Below the pieces are notes generated by a model that was not told the origin of the DNA, made no database searches, and saw only the letters and a list, made by a program, of their open reading frames with translations. Below, one piece after another: positions 11,659 to 24,419 of a DNA stretch of 64,000 nucleotides (positions within the stretch are counted from its first letter, which is position 1; each line of letters opens with the position of its first letter). The stretch comes from Octopus bimaculoides (lineage: Eukaryota). A program made the translations under genes and the position numbers. The DNA is taken from the NCBI RefSeq assembly GCF_001194135.2, contig NC_068984.1, positions 30,497,220 through 30,561,219 on the forward strand. Reading direction: 5' to 3'.

Positions 11659-12037
11659 TGTAGTGGCGCGTGTGGCCGCTATCTTGGGAAGTGCCATTGC
11701 TCATGTGTAAGGGACTTGCCGTCAGCGGAAGTACCCGGGCACGCATGCGCAAGGCAACAGGTGGAGAGAGAGCAATAGAGTTCGATCTCTTCTCTCTCTA
11801 GCAGCGGTGGTGACAACACGTATCTCTCAGCTCGATACCGACACGTGGTCGAAGCTTCCTTGGTATTCTAGCGGCATGCCTGTTCACCCAGGAACGAAAC
11901 GGCTTTACACCAACCTAGAATAAATTATTGATCTGTTGTTACCGTTATCCCTCGTGTTGTTGTATTTCTAGATTTAATGATTAATATAAGAACTGGGGAG
12001 AGATGGCCGAGCCATCATATCTCATCCAATTCATATA
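11659..12037 (+). repeat. 3' LTR (379 bp)
   Basis: tgtagtggcgcg...ccaattcatata followed by TSD gccc. Confidence 0.92.
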
Positions 12038-12804
12038 GCCCCTTGTAGGCAAGAAAGAAATAAGAAACATCAAAACTACAGGGTTTTACTTGTGCCAAAA
12101 GTGAGTCTAGACATTCAGTTTTGCTTTACACTTCTAAGTACAAATCTCACAGAAACTGAATTCCTTTATAAACCCACATCAATAAATACCAGTAGAATAT
12201 TGGATCCAACTAAGTCATTTACTATCTTCCATCCACAACAGAAACCTGTCAGATATTTAATAAACAAAACAAAAATAAAACAAAAAAACAAAATGATAAT
12301 TAGTCTGAAAATTTATTTTAGAATATATGATATACTTATTTATTAATATTTGTTCCCTCCCAATAATAATTGCTAAAGAAGATATTATTTCCAGTACTTA
12401 AATCATCAACATTAGTTTCATATTAGAAATACTTAATAAATAAAGAAATAAAATATTCAACATATTAAAAAAAATCAAAATCAAAATATTTTTTTCTTTC
12501 AGTTCAGTTATTCTGTTTCAATGGATATTTTAACTAATTTAATTTACAAGCTTGGATTGTTAAAAAATATAAAAGATATATCTATAATTGACTGGTGCGT
12601 TAGCAGGGTTTTGCTACCATGTAATTCTGTACTACAGAATATAGCTATAGCTTTTATTTAAACTAACACTGTATATCAGCATTTCTCAAACCAAAATTCC
12701 CTGGAACTTTAGGGTTTTGCGAAAGGTTCCAAGGGGTTCCACAAGAAAGAGTGAGACAAGCTAATGCTAATTTCATGATCATGATATTACTATATAGGCA
12801 TGGT

Positions 12805-13170
12805 GGAGGTGCAATGGCCTAGTGGTTAGTGCAGAGGACTAGCAGTCATAGGATTGCGGTTTCAATTTCCAGACAGGGCATTGTGAGTGTTTATTGAGTG
12901 AGAACACTTAAAGCTCCACGAGGCTCTGCCAGGGGTAGTTGGCGAACCCTGCTGTACTCTTTCATTACAACTTTCTTTCTGTTTCTGTTGTGCCTGTATT
13001 TCAAAGGGCCAGCCTTGTCACACTCTATGTCACACTGAATCTCTCCAAGAACTACGTTAAGGTTACATGTGTCTGTGGAGTGCTCAGCCAATTGCACATT
13101 AGATTCACCAGCAGGCTGTTCCATTGATTAGATTAACTGGAACCCTTGCCGTTCTAACCAACAGAGTGCC
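12805..13170 (+). mobile_element. tRNA-derived SINE family B, near full length
   Basis: ggaggtgcaatggcctagtggttag head; reverse-complement copy at 16741-17117. Confidence 0.85.
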
Positions 13171-13339
13171 GTAGTACATATCATCCCATCTAACCTATTG
13201 TGTTATCAAAAAAATATAACAACCATTGCAGATATATTTAGTGATGTCTGTAATTGATGGACACCCTATATCATCATCCATCAGTTTGAATCTGGGTGTT
13301 TTCCTCTTAATGGGGGTGGCTAGATCTACCTCAATGGCA

Positions 13340-13620
13340 TAGCAACCTCCCTCATACCATCTCGCCATCTTACCCAGTTTGGGCGTCCTCCCTTCTCAAG
13401 CTGACCCTTCAAATCTTCTCCTCCATCTGTCCCCTCAACATTTTTCTTGGTCTACCTCGCTTTTGCTGTCCATTTACCTCAAATTCTAGCACCTTCTTCA
13501 GAACATTCTCCTCATCCCTCCTCAACACATGCCCATACTACTGCACTCCATTCACCCTTGCCAGCCATTCTACTGATTCCTCCAACACCATTGGCAACTA
13601 TATTTAGCAGCAGTTCCTGG
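13340..13620 (-). mobile_element. RTE-clade LINE C-terminal fragment
   Basis: Minus strand reads YGHVLRRDEENVLKKVLEFEVNGQQKRGRP. Confidence 0.65.
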
Positions 13621-14358
13621 CCTTTCATTACTCACATGGTACGCTTCAGAGCAAATAAAAATATTTTAGTGTACATTTTGCATAATGTATGTATTGAAAA
13701 AACTATTTTATTTTAGTCTAAAGGTTTAAATCATTTTGATTACATGTAATTGTTATGTTGTTAATTCTTTATTCAATAAATGAAACATAATTATTTAGAT
13801 TTATACATTTAAAATTTCATTTTGTAATAGTTTATATCTAAAAGATCTTTTATTATTTTTGTGAGGCACCTAGCTTCATTTTTCAGCACAGTGATGTGTC
13901 ACAGTGCAGAATTTGGAAACTATTGGCTTAAATATTCCCTTGCTTGCTTAACATTTTCTGTTTATAATCTTGTATATGTAGGGCTATTAACAACCACCTT
14001 GTTCTCTTAAAAGAGGCTCACTCCTTTCATTTTTATAATGTCCTGTTTATCTATGTTCCCTTTCAAATATTTCATTTACCTTTTATTTATGCTTTCAACT
14101 GAAACAGTGTTTTCATCTTGATGTATTTTAATGTGGCTGTTGCTATATGTAAGAACATTGTAGAAAGTAATACTTTATAATCTCTATGGTTATTGGGATA
14201 CGTAACGATAGAAGGAAGAACTTAGTAAAGTATTTTGCAATTACTTTCTCTAGCAATGCTTGTGAGAATCGATGAAGACAACATTGTTGTGTAATAAAAC
14301 ACTTGTCAGTTGTGCAATTACAAGGTTCTTGCAGCTAACTGTATCTGTTTACTGTATT

Positions 14359-14465
14359 AAAGAATGGCAGGAGAAAAATACCCCAAAAATGCCTGCTTCA
14401 TAGAAAACAATTACTTAAGTGAATGCTAACATAATTTATACAGAGAACTGTGAAATTCTAATTAA
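14359..14465 (+). repeat. 107-bp direct repeat, copy 1 (copy 2 at 15082-15188)
   Basis: 4 mismatches in 107 bp (manual count). Confidence 0.9.
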
Positions 14466-14718
14466 TTATAATTATGCCTGTACTGAAGAGAAAATAATTG
14501 TTAGTTTAGTGATTCATTCTGATCAAGAAAATCAAGGGAGACAACCCTGGAATTTAATATTATAAAACTTATTACTAATAGAATGCAGTGGGGTGTAAGT
14601 GTGACATTTGGCAATATAGTGATATCTCCAGTTTCATATCATTAAATCTTGTTAGCAAAGCAGAGTGGACATCGACGCATTGTACTGACACATTGAGCAT
14701 TGCTTCACACTATGTGAT

Positions 14719-15464
14719 TTGAAAGCAACACAGAAGAATGTGCAACATGATCTAATTTGGGAGCTTATGCTTTATGAGTTTGAACTGGGTCATAACAGCA
14801 TGGAAGCAACTAAAAACATCTGTTGTGAGAAAGATGAAGACACAGTGATCACAGTATCTAGATGGTGCAAAACTTTCACATGGGTTGCAAGAACCTTGAT
14901 GATCAGGCAAGGTTGGGTTGGCCTAAAGCTGTGTATTCTAAGGCAGTACTCCAAGCCATAGAGACAAATCCAGTGAGTATCACTTGGAGAGCTTCAGGTG
15001 AGCTAGACATCTCACAGATCTATGCCACTGTGTAGCAGAAATATCCAACATTGGTCAACAGAAAACTAGCTCTTCTGCAGCAAAGAATAGCAGGAGAAAA
15101 ATACTCCAAAAATGCCTGCTGCATAGAAAACAATTAGTTAAGTGAATGCTAACATAATTTATACAGAGAACTGTGAAATTCTAATTAAGGCAAAGCAAAA
15201 CCTTACATGGCTTGAAAATCCTGGATTAAACTCTCAGAACTTAGTCCAGCATTTAGTCCAGACATTGCTCCTTTGGGTTATAACTTGTTCCAATCCATTG
15301 CTCACTTCCTGGGCTCTCAACACTTCACTAACCAGGAGGAGGTCATAGTTTCAGTGAAGTTCTACAACTTGAAGGACAATAACTGGTATCAGCATGGGAA
15401 CAAAAAAATGGCAGAAAGATGGCTTCATATGGTGCAGCACGATGGCCACTACTTTGAATGCTAG
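14719..15464 (+). mobile_element. mariner transposase remnant, centre deleted or replaced
   Basis: N-terminal LMLYEFELGHNSMEATKNICC and C-terminal SPDIAPLGYNLFQS...AERWLHMVQHDGHYFE. Confidence 0.75.
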
Positions 15465-16740
15465 GCTGTCTTAGTTGCTTATAAGTAAAGCAAAAATATT
15501 GTAAAACTGTTAACTCATCACAATATATCAAATCATAGCAAATTTACACTCTTTACCAACACACAGTAACTGACACTAAGTGTATCCTCATCACATTAGT
15601 TAAATTAATGATTTGTTAAATGGGTTCACATTACTATCATCACATCTGTTATCAACCTTTTAGGGACTATTCTATCATTATAGTTTGGATGGTTTTCTGT
15701 GCAGCAGTTTACCACTTCTCTTAATTGTCACTCACCTTATCAGAGCCTCCTAACATTCCATCTTTTCTATTATTTACTATTTCTCTACCATGGTTATCTT
15801 CTACTTTCAGAACTAAACACATTTTCACCCAGCTGATATCACAAGTCCACAGCAGTGCAATTTAATGCACAGCTGCATTCTCAGTTTACTTGTACTTGTT
15901 TGTTTTTCTTCTTAATAATACAGATTTTTCATCTTTCTTGCATCTGCATGTCTGCAACGTTCAATACACATGCTTTGCTACTACGCATCTTCAAATACCT
16001 TTCATAGGATTCATCTGCTTTAATGTGTATGCAGAAGAGTTTTTTATCAATAAATACACTCAATGATATCATGTGTATAGTGACTTATAGTACAGGTACA
16101 CTGTATCCATGCATGACTAAAGGGACTGGCACCAGAAGGGCATTCAACCAACAAACACTGCTTTGAAAAGATGTCCCCAACCCATACCAACATAGAAGAG
16201 TCTGCATTGAAAAGATGGTAATGATGATGAGGAAGATGTCAATAGCAATAATAATGAGAACGATCTTCATCACCATCATCACTGTGAGGATGATGATCGT
16301 CATCATGATTATGGTAGCTTTCTGAACTTCACCTCTCTTTTTATTGGGATGTTAGCCTCATTTATGCCCCTGTGGCTAATAAAAGAATTTATTATTCTAC
16401 TTTCAATTTTTATCTACTATATATAAGGATTTTATTTAGTGTACAATCTTGCGAATGACTACACTTGAACATTCTGATGCATCTAAAGCCCCATTTTCTG
16501 TTGTCAATTATCCAGCATCCTTTATCACATTTTCTATACATTTCATGGTCATCATTTTCGTCATCATTGTTGTTGTCGTCATCATCATCATCATCAATAT
16601 CATCTCAACCATCTAGTCTCAAGTTCAGTCCCACTGTCTGCCAACCTAGCCAGGTATCTCCTACTATAGTCTCAAATACCAAAGCCTTTTTAATAAATTT
16701 GGTAGAAGGCCATAGTACACACCCCTTTTACCAATATTGT

Positions 16741-17117
16741 GGCACTCCGTCGGTTACAAGGATGAGGGTTCCAGTTGAACCGATCAATGGAACAGCCTGC
16801 TCCTGAAATTAATGTGCAAGTGGCTGAGTACGCCATAGACATGTGTACTCTTAACATAGTTCTTGGGGAGATTCAGCATGACACAGTGTGTGACAAGGCT
16901 GGCCCTTTAAATTACAAGTACAACAGAGACAGGAAGAAAGAGTGAGAGAAAGTTGTGGTGAAAAAGTACAGCAGGGTTCGCCACCACTCCCTGATGGAGC
17001 CTCATGGAGCTGTATGTGTTTTCACTCAATAAACACTCACAACACCCGTCTGAGAACTGAAACCGTGATCCTACGACCACGAGTTTGCTGCCCTAACCAC
17101 TGGGCCATTGTGCCTCC
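16741..17117 (-). mobile_element. SINE family B, near full length
   Basis: Reverse complement of 12805-13170. Confidence 0.85.
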
Positions 17118-17142
17118 ACATTTATCAAGATACACTTTTATA

Positions 17143-17382
17143 TAGTGTTGGCCAAAAGTCACCTGGCAGTAAATAAAAAAAATTCCCTAAATACTTAATT
17201 TTCAATTTTATTTATTCATTCCAGTTATGAATGTTTAATAATCGAATGCTGTGAGTTAAAAATCACAATTTTTTTCTCAACGTTTGTCTATTTATTAGCA
17301 AAGTCTCATATAAAATAACTTTTTGTTTTAATCTTGGAATTAAATGGGTTTTAATTTATTGTCAGGTGACTTTTGGCCAACC

Positions 17383-17385
<3 letters not shown>
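17143..17385. mobile_element. Tc1/mariner-type MITE (243 bp)
   Basis: TIRs (t)agtgttggccaaaagtcacctgg / tcaggtgacttttggccaaccctg, flanked by TA on both sides. Confidence 0.85.
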
Positions 17386-17419
<34 letters not shown>

Positions 17420-19459
17420 CAATATCATTTAATGTCTACCTATGTGTGTGTGTGTGTTTATCTGGCCTTGGGAAATATTATGATGCTGGCAAAGCTTGGA
17501 TTGTTCACCATGGTTTCTTTCCTTTACCAATTTACTCTTTTTTTCTTTCTTTTTCCCTTTACCTGTTAAAGACCACTACCTGAAACTTTGAACTCACCAT
17601 TTCTTTACAGTAAAAAACAAAAAAACTATAAACAATATACTCTGTGAATCTTTTGCTTTATTTTGTCTTCTTCCTGGGAACTTTTTACTATAAAACCAGG
17701 TACACACAGGAGTTGATTCAACTGACAATACTTCGTGAATGCAAATTACCATTTCCTGAGAAAATTCTAAAAAATACTAATCAATATAATTCTAAAAATG
17801 TAAAGAAACAATGCCACACAAGTAAGCCGTAGATTGGCTCATTGGAACTCTGTAATCAACAATGTTATTATTTGCAACTGCAAGACAAATTATTTTTTGT
17901 AATGTGTACAATTCAAATAATTGTGGAAATTATCAAGATACTCTAAAATTAATTAAAATATAAAAAAAAGAAACATGCAAATATAAATACCCATATCAGG
18001 TAAAATTTATTGTTATATTTAATAACCACACAAAGCTGAGCAATAAACCTGTAATGGAACATGTCTAGATGTTTATTTTTTAAACATAAGTGCAGGCTAA
18101 TGAAATATTTGTAACATTTGTAGGTTCTGTATGGCATGTTTATGAAAATGTTTTGTCAAAGCAAAGAGAAAAAGAAAAAACAAAAACTGAATATCAAGCT
18201 ATTTTTTTAATATCAAATTTAAAGCATTTTCATTCCTCAATTTTTCAAGTTTTCTTTTGTTTGTTTTTAATACTCTTTCTTCTACTTATTTTTTTTTTTA
18301 CATTATCATCTTTTTCTTCTTTTGACTTTAATGAAATGGGAATTTTCATTGCTAGTATGAAGAACTCTCAAATGAAGGAGCAGCATATGAGTTTATTGAT
18401 TCTGTTTCTTAATTCTGTTATTCATATCCTGATTCTGAATCAGAAACACATATTAATTTCACAGCTGTAAAGCTTGATTGCCTATCATCCATGATAAGCA
18501 ATATAATCCAAGAAAACATTTTAAATATACGACACATTTTGCTCACCAGATTTAATAACTATTAACTTCTTCCTGCCAAGTTTGACAGCAGTGGCAACTG
18601 CATCAGTAAAATGTCATTCCGACCAAAATGGCTTGGAAATTGGCCGACTGCTGGAAATTGCCAATGAGAATTCTCTGGATTGAAGTTGTTATTGACTTTA
18701 CTGATATCAGCACTAGATTATAGATTGATTTATTATTATTATCATTGGCATTCTTCTTCAACTTCCTCTCTTTTGTCTTCTTTTATATTTTTTATTTCCT
18801 CTTTGGGATTAAATTCCTTTGTTGCTTTATGGCAAGGACTTAATGTCTTGTTTGCATGTTGCTATCAATTGTGCAAAAGTTGATGAAATTACAGAGAGAA
18901 AGACAGAGAGAAAGAGAGTAAGGGAGAGAAAACAAGAGAGAAAGTGAGAAGGGGTGGAGTAAATAATATATATTTGTGTGTTTGAGTCTATATGCATTTG
19001 GGAATGTATGTATATAAGTATGTGAATGTCTGCATAAAGAGTGAACTATATAAGAACAGCGGAAGAATATAAGGTAGAGAAAGTACAGGTAAATATAGAT
19101 TTTCAAGGTCACCCTGATTGTTAGCTTGCAATATATTTCCAAAGAAGATAATAAATCAAATTTTTATTCACATCTGAGTTCACTCAGCAACAACAATATA
19201 AAAAACAACTGCTACAATAATTACAAATAAGTTTTGTAAAACTGTGTCTCATATGCAGTGCATGAAGCTGATCACAAAAATCATATTTTTAATTCAATAT
19301 ATTCAAGCATAGCCATGTGGTTATAAACATTACTTCATGACTACCTGGGTTTAAAGTTCAATACTACTGCACAGGTTCTTTAGTAAGTATCTTTTACTAT
19401 AGACTCTGGTTAGTCAAAGCATAGTGAGTGAAGTTTGATGAGAGAAACTGTGAGGAAAC

Positions 19460-20000
19460 CTTTTGGAGGGAGTGTAGCTGTTCTTGAGTGATGGACTTTA
19501 TCCTCTTGCTTGATTTTACACTACTATCTGGAATTGGGGTCTCTTTTGCAGAGACCATACAGTTGCAAATATAAAAGTCATATTCTTAAAATGAAGGTAA
19601 CTTCATGCAGTTATTCTCCTAGTTTCAGAGGCCCCAAAAAGTGTCATGGGTACTGCCTTTCCTTCTCTATCCAATGAGTATCAAAGTTATTATATGTGTA
19701 TTTATGTGTAGGTGTCAACTCAGTTTCATAGGTATCTGTGATTTAATAAGATATGTTACAAGCACAAGTAAACCTAGTAGAAAAAAAAGAAGACTCTCCG
19801 TTTTGGACCAGAAGAGAATCATCTTGGTCAGGTTATATTGTGGTAAAGAACACATAAAGCACAAAGGCAACAATGTTGAAGTGATACCTTAGGATATCAC
19901 ATGATATAACAATAAAACCGAATCATTGTTACCTTTATTTTCATTAAAATCATCATACATCAATACTATTAAACCAGTATTGAGTCTTTTCCTATCCACC
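19460..20000 (-). mobile_element. Decayed LINE reverse-transcriptase fragment
   Basis: LMYDDF (YADD-like) in ORF 19889-20110 and downstream LTPTHKYTY (YxYLG-like). Confidence 0.4.
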
Positions 20001-20127
20001 ATTAGCATCAAAAATATCATGAGAAATACATTAATACAATATTTTAGACACTGCATTTTGTCTACAATATTTGTAATATTGTTTGATTTGAAATTCATTT
20101 TCAACATCAATTTTAAGATTATGGATC

Positions 20128-20553
20128 TTCTATTTTTAACTTGTTTCAGGAATTAGACTGTGGCCATGCTGGGTAATTTTTTGTTGAATGAATTGACCCA
20201 ATACTTATCATGTTTTGCAAAGCTTGATATTTATTCTTTTTATAACTTTTGCAAAATCACTGAGTTACGGTGATGTAAACACACCAACACCAGTTGTCAA
20301 GTGGTGGTGGGAGATAAAAACACACACATACACACACTGACATACACACAAACGCGCATATGCACACACACACACACACTTACACCCCCATGCACAGAAT
20401 GAGTTTCTTTCAGTTTCCATCTTCAAATTCCACTTACAAAGCTTTGGTCAGCCTGAGGCTATTGTAGAAGACACTTGCCCAATGTGCCACACCATGGGAC
20501 TAAACCCAGAACCATGTAGTTGAGAAGGAAACTTCTTACCATGCAGCCACACC
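20128..20553 (-). mobile_element. SINE family C (CORE-like)
   Basis: Reverse complement of the 61411-61872 architecture with an internal (CA)n. Confidence 0.75.
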
Positions 20554-22122
20554 TAAAGAATTTCACCTGGCTTATTAGAATATGATTTGTCTTCATTTCA
20601 ATATAAATATCTGGCAGAAAGAGAAAAGTTACATTTGTAGATTACTAATTAGATTGGAATCTTGAATATTGAAATAATACTTTCAAAATCTGTGTAAACT
20701 AAAAATCACTTTGGAAACTTTTTGCTGGTATTGAGTCAAAACTTTTACTGGTAAGAGCATACTAAGCTTAAAATGACAGCTGTTATTTAACAGTTAGTAG
20801 CATCATCAGTCATGTGTATAGATGGAAATACAGCTTAGAGACATTAAGTTTGCTTCAATTGTTCAGTTCTCATTTCAATAATCTTCAGGTTTCCTTTTAG
20901 ATTGATGCTATAATATGTGGTAATTGAATCTTAAAAATAGAAGAGAGATCCAGTCCATTAATTTCCAACTTAGAATGTCACAGATCTGTAAAATATTATA
21001 TTCCTGCACCACCAAAACTATTGATTCAGAGTAGATTCCTACAAGTAAACATAAGAGTTTAAAGGAGCAACGATGCCAACAAAGGATGTCATTACTAAAA
21101 CAGATATACAACCAATATTTGCAATCAGAACTTGATAGCTTGCTGTAGCAAACCAACGTCTTAATCTTGTGATTATAAGGAAACTTCAAATAGTGTCAGC
21201 AGCCAAACTGAAAACCTATATATTGATCCTTGAATCTAAACATCTTGACATTGAATAGAATGAAGAACTGTTGTCACAAAGATATAATCGTTAGGTTTCA
21301 TTGATCTCTTTGTAAATTATCAGTCTCATCAAATTCAGATCAATATATAAAAAACAAAAATCAATATTTTGAAGAGCATTAATGAACTGAATGCAGTTTC
21401 ACGCAATCTTGACATGCTGCCGAGACAGAAAGTTTGGCTAATAATTTGAAATTCTATAGATGGCACCTATATATCTAAAACTATAAAGAAACTTTAATTA
21501 TTTTCTTGTGATCTGACAAATGTAAGAAAGACCATTAATTAACCAAAACAATTTTGAACAACATTATATTTTTCTTCTTATTTTACCAATTTTCTCTTTT
21601 CTTCAAAGCTTAATATTTAGATATTTTGAGAAAAGTTATTTTCCTATACAAATATATGTGGAGATAGTGGAATATAACACTAAATGTGCTCATGTTTTCA
21701 GTTACAAGATTCATATTGAATTTGTGACTAATACTTAATTTATGTAGTGTGATTTCAGTGTAGTTATTGAATAGTAATTCATTGAACTCATATGGTATAC
21801 ATTCAAGTGATGTTGCAGACATTGAATTGTCTCCTTGTCCAATGCATTTTACTCACTGTTTACTTTTTTTTTTCTTGGAGCAGACATATTAGAATTTGAT
21901 CCTTTTCTACGTTTACAATTCGTTCTAATCTATTGGTATCAAGGTGATTAAATATTTGATATATAATTACTCTCACACACACAAATATACACACTAAGTA
22001 TACACATATACTGAGAAATAGTCTATAAAAGTACAGGCAATTCTAAAAATGTTCAAAGCTATCAAATACGTGTGCATATGTACATAGCTCTCTCTCTCCC
22101 TCTCTCTTCCACTATATATATA

Positions 22123-22847
22123 TCATCATCATCGTTTAACGTCCGCTTTCCATGCTAGCATGGGTTGGACGATTTGACTGAGGACTGGTGAAACCGGATG
22201 GCAACACCAGGCTCCAGTCTGATTTGGCAGAGTTTCTACAGCTGGATGCCCTTCCTAACGCCAACCACTCAGAGAGTGTAGTGGGTGCTTTTACGTGTCA
22301 CCCGCACGAAAACGGCCACGCTCGAAATGGTGTCTTTTATGTGCCACCCGCACAAGCNNNNNNNNNNNNNNNNNNNNNNNNNNNNNNNNNNNNNNNNNNN
22401 NNNNNNNNNNNNNNNNNNNNNNNNNNNNNNNNNNNNNNNNNNNNNNNNNNNNNNNNNNNNNNNNNNNNNNNNNNNNNNNNNNNNNNTCTTCTCACGCACA
22501 GCCCATTTCCAAAGGTCTCGGTCCGTAGTCATCGCCTCGGTGAGGCCCAATGTACGAAGGTCTTGCCTCACCACCTCAGCCCAGGTCTTCCTGGGCCTAC
22601 CTCTTCCACGGGTTCCCTCAACTGTTAGGGTGTGGCACTTTTTCACGCAGCTATCCTCCTCCATTCTCACCACATGTCCATACCAGCGCAATCGTCTCTC
22701 TTGCACGCCACAACTGATGCTTCTAATGTTCAGCTTTTCTCTCAAGATACTTACACTCTGACGGGTATTCACATTGACATTACACATCCAACGGAGCATA
22801 CTGGCTTCATTCCTTGCGAGCTTACGTATGTCCTCAGCAGTTACAGC
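22123..22847 (-). mobile_element. 5'-truncated RTE LINE, young-looking
   Basis: About 120 stop-free codons NEASMLRWMC...RLRWYGHVVRM...RGRGRPRKTW...RDLWKWAV at 22487-22847, then a 3' UTR ending in (GAT)n; N gap inside. Confidence 0.9.
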
Positions 22848-22959
22848 TCTACTGGGTGCCCTTCTAAATGTCAGTCGTTTTACAGAGTGTACTGGGTACT
22901 TTTTATTGTGGCACCAGCTGCAGAACAAGACACCCACAAATGAAAAGCAGGGTAGCACT

Positions 22960-23600
22960 GAAGGAGAAAAAAGTTGTCTTACATTAGAAGAGGAACATGA
23001 CTACCTCAGTCCCAACGTACCAAGTATTACAGGCATAACATTTACAGTTAACATATTCAATTCCAATGTCCTTCGACCATTTCTCTATATCTTTATTTAT
23101 AGTTCCCAATGCACCAAATATTACATTTACAGTTATCATATTCCAGATTCTTGCAATTTCACATTTTAAGGGATTGTATTTTTTTTGTTTTTCATTCTTT
23201 TTCTTTACAATCTTGGAATCAAGTGGATATGATGGATCAATTACTAAGCAACTTCGCTTTCCCTTCTCTATCATTGTTACATCTGATCTATTATTTTCTA
23301 ATTTCTTATCTATTTGAATGGGGAAATCCCACAGTATTTTGCATTTATTCAACTGCAGCACTCTTTCTCACTGATGATCATACCATGTACCTCCAACTCC
23401 AAATCTCCTTTTCTGACAAAGCTTCCAGTGTAAAACCTTCACAACTTAGTCATGCCTCCATTTTTTATATTCTTCCTATGCCAACTTGGGACATTCTGCG
23501 AGAATGTGTACAACTGTCTTGTTTTCCAAATAGCACACTTTTCAATACCAAATTCCATACCTACATCATTGAGAAAATGTGAACAGTATTTTTTATTATC
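22960..23600 (-). mobile_element. R4/Dong LINE fragment (RT piece plus restriction-like endonuclease)
   Basis: NDVGMEFGIEKCA; KILWDFPIQIDKKLENNRSD...LVIDPSYP...KYNPLKCEIARIW...GALG. Confidence 0.8.
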
Positions 23601-23603
23601 ATT

Positions 23604-23820
23604 GAGGTGGTGAGCTAGAAGAATCATTAGCATGCTGGACAAAATGGGTAGGGACAATTCACCCATCATTATGTTCTGAGTTCAAATTCCATTAAGGTTA
23701 ACTTTGCCTTTCATCTTTTGGGAGTTAATGAAATAAATACCAGTTGAGTACTTGAGTTGATATAATTGACTAATTCTTCCTACTAAATTCCAGACCTCGT
23801 GGCTATAGTAGAAAGGATTA
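23604..23820 (+). mobile_element. SINE family A, (ATT)n tail type
   Basis: Family A head and body ending agtagaaaggattattatt. Confidence 0.75.
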
Positions 23821-23871
23821 TTATTATTGTTGTTGTTGTTGATATTGTTATTATTATTTATTATGATGATG

Positions 23872-23906
<35 letters not shown>

Positions 23907-23907
23907 G

Positions 23908-24127
23908 AAGGCGGTGAGCTGTCAGAATTGTTAGCACACTAAGCAAAATGCTTAGCGGTATTTCATCTGCTGCTACATTCTGAGTTCAAATTCCACTGAG
24001 GTTGACTTTGCTTTGATCCTTTCACAGTTGATAAATTAAGTACCAGTTGAACACTGGAGTCGATGTAATTGACTGAACCCCTCCCCCAAAATTTCAGGCC
24101 TTGTTTCTATAGTAAAAAGGATTATTA
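23908..24127 (+). mobile_element. SINE family A, inserted right after the (ATT)n tail of the previous copy
   Basis: aaggcggtgagctgtcagaattgttagc...aaaaggattatta. Confidence 0.8.
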
Positions 24128-24419
24128 CTTTATTGTGTATTTCCAGTTGTTTCAAGCAGGATTCTTTCCATACTATCATGTGTACTTCTCTCTTCCTGTT
24201 GAATGTGGAAGACTTTATTTTTTGAGAAGGTGGACAAAGATGTTTGATGGGCCTACGTTTCATGTTAAGGGCTTATTTTTTTAGTGTTTCTTGTTATTAG
24301 TGAAAGATTTACATCATTGACACTCGTGTGTAAATATCTGAGAATACCTGAAAGCAACAATATCAAAAGTAAAGAAATGAAGGAAACACTCAGTGAATAA
24401 TATTTTCACAGAACGAAGA

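Larger units (their letters stand above)
8606..12037 (+). mobile_element. Ty3/Gypsy LTR retrotransposon (both LTRs, 4-bp TSD GCCC)
   Basis: Direct LTRs, PBS, PPT, integrase C-terminus; GCCC at 8602-8605 and 12038-12041; 825-N gap inside. Confidence 0.93.

Noticed and set aside
12676-13925. Possible hAT/Charlie element ends (cagcatttctcaaac ... tttggaaactattg)
   Set aside because: The TIR match is poor and no 8-bp TSD is evident
20860-21440. Possible L1/Tx1 LINE remnant
   Set aside because: Only vague GGxG-type similarity; too decayed to support
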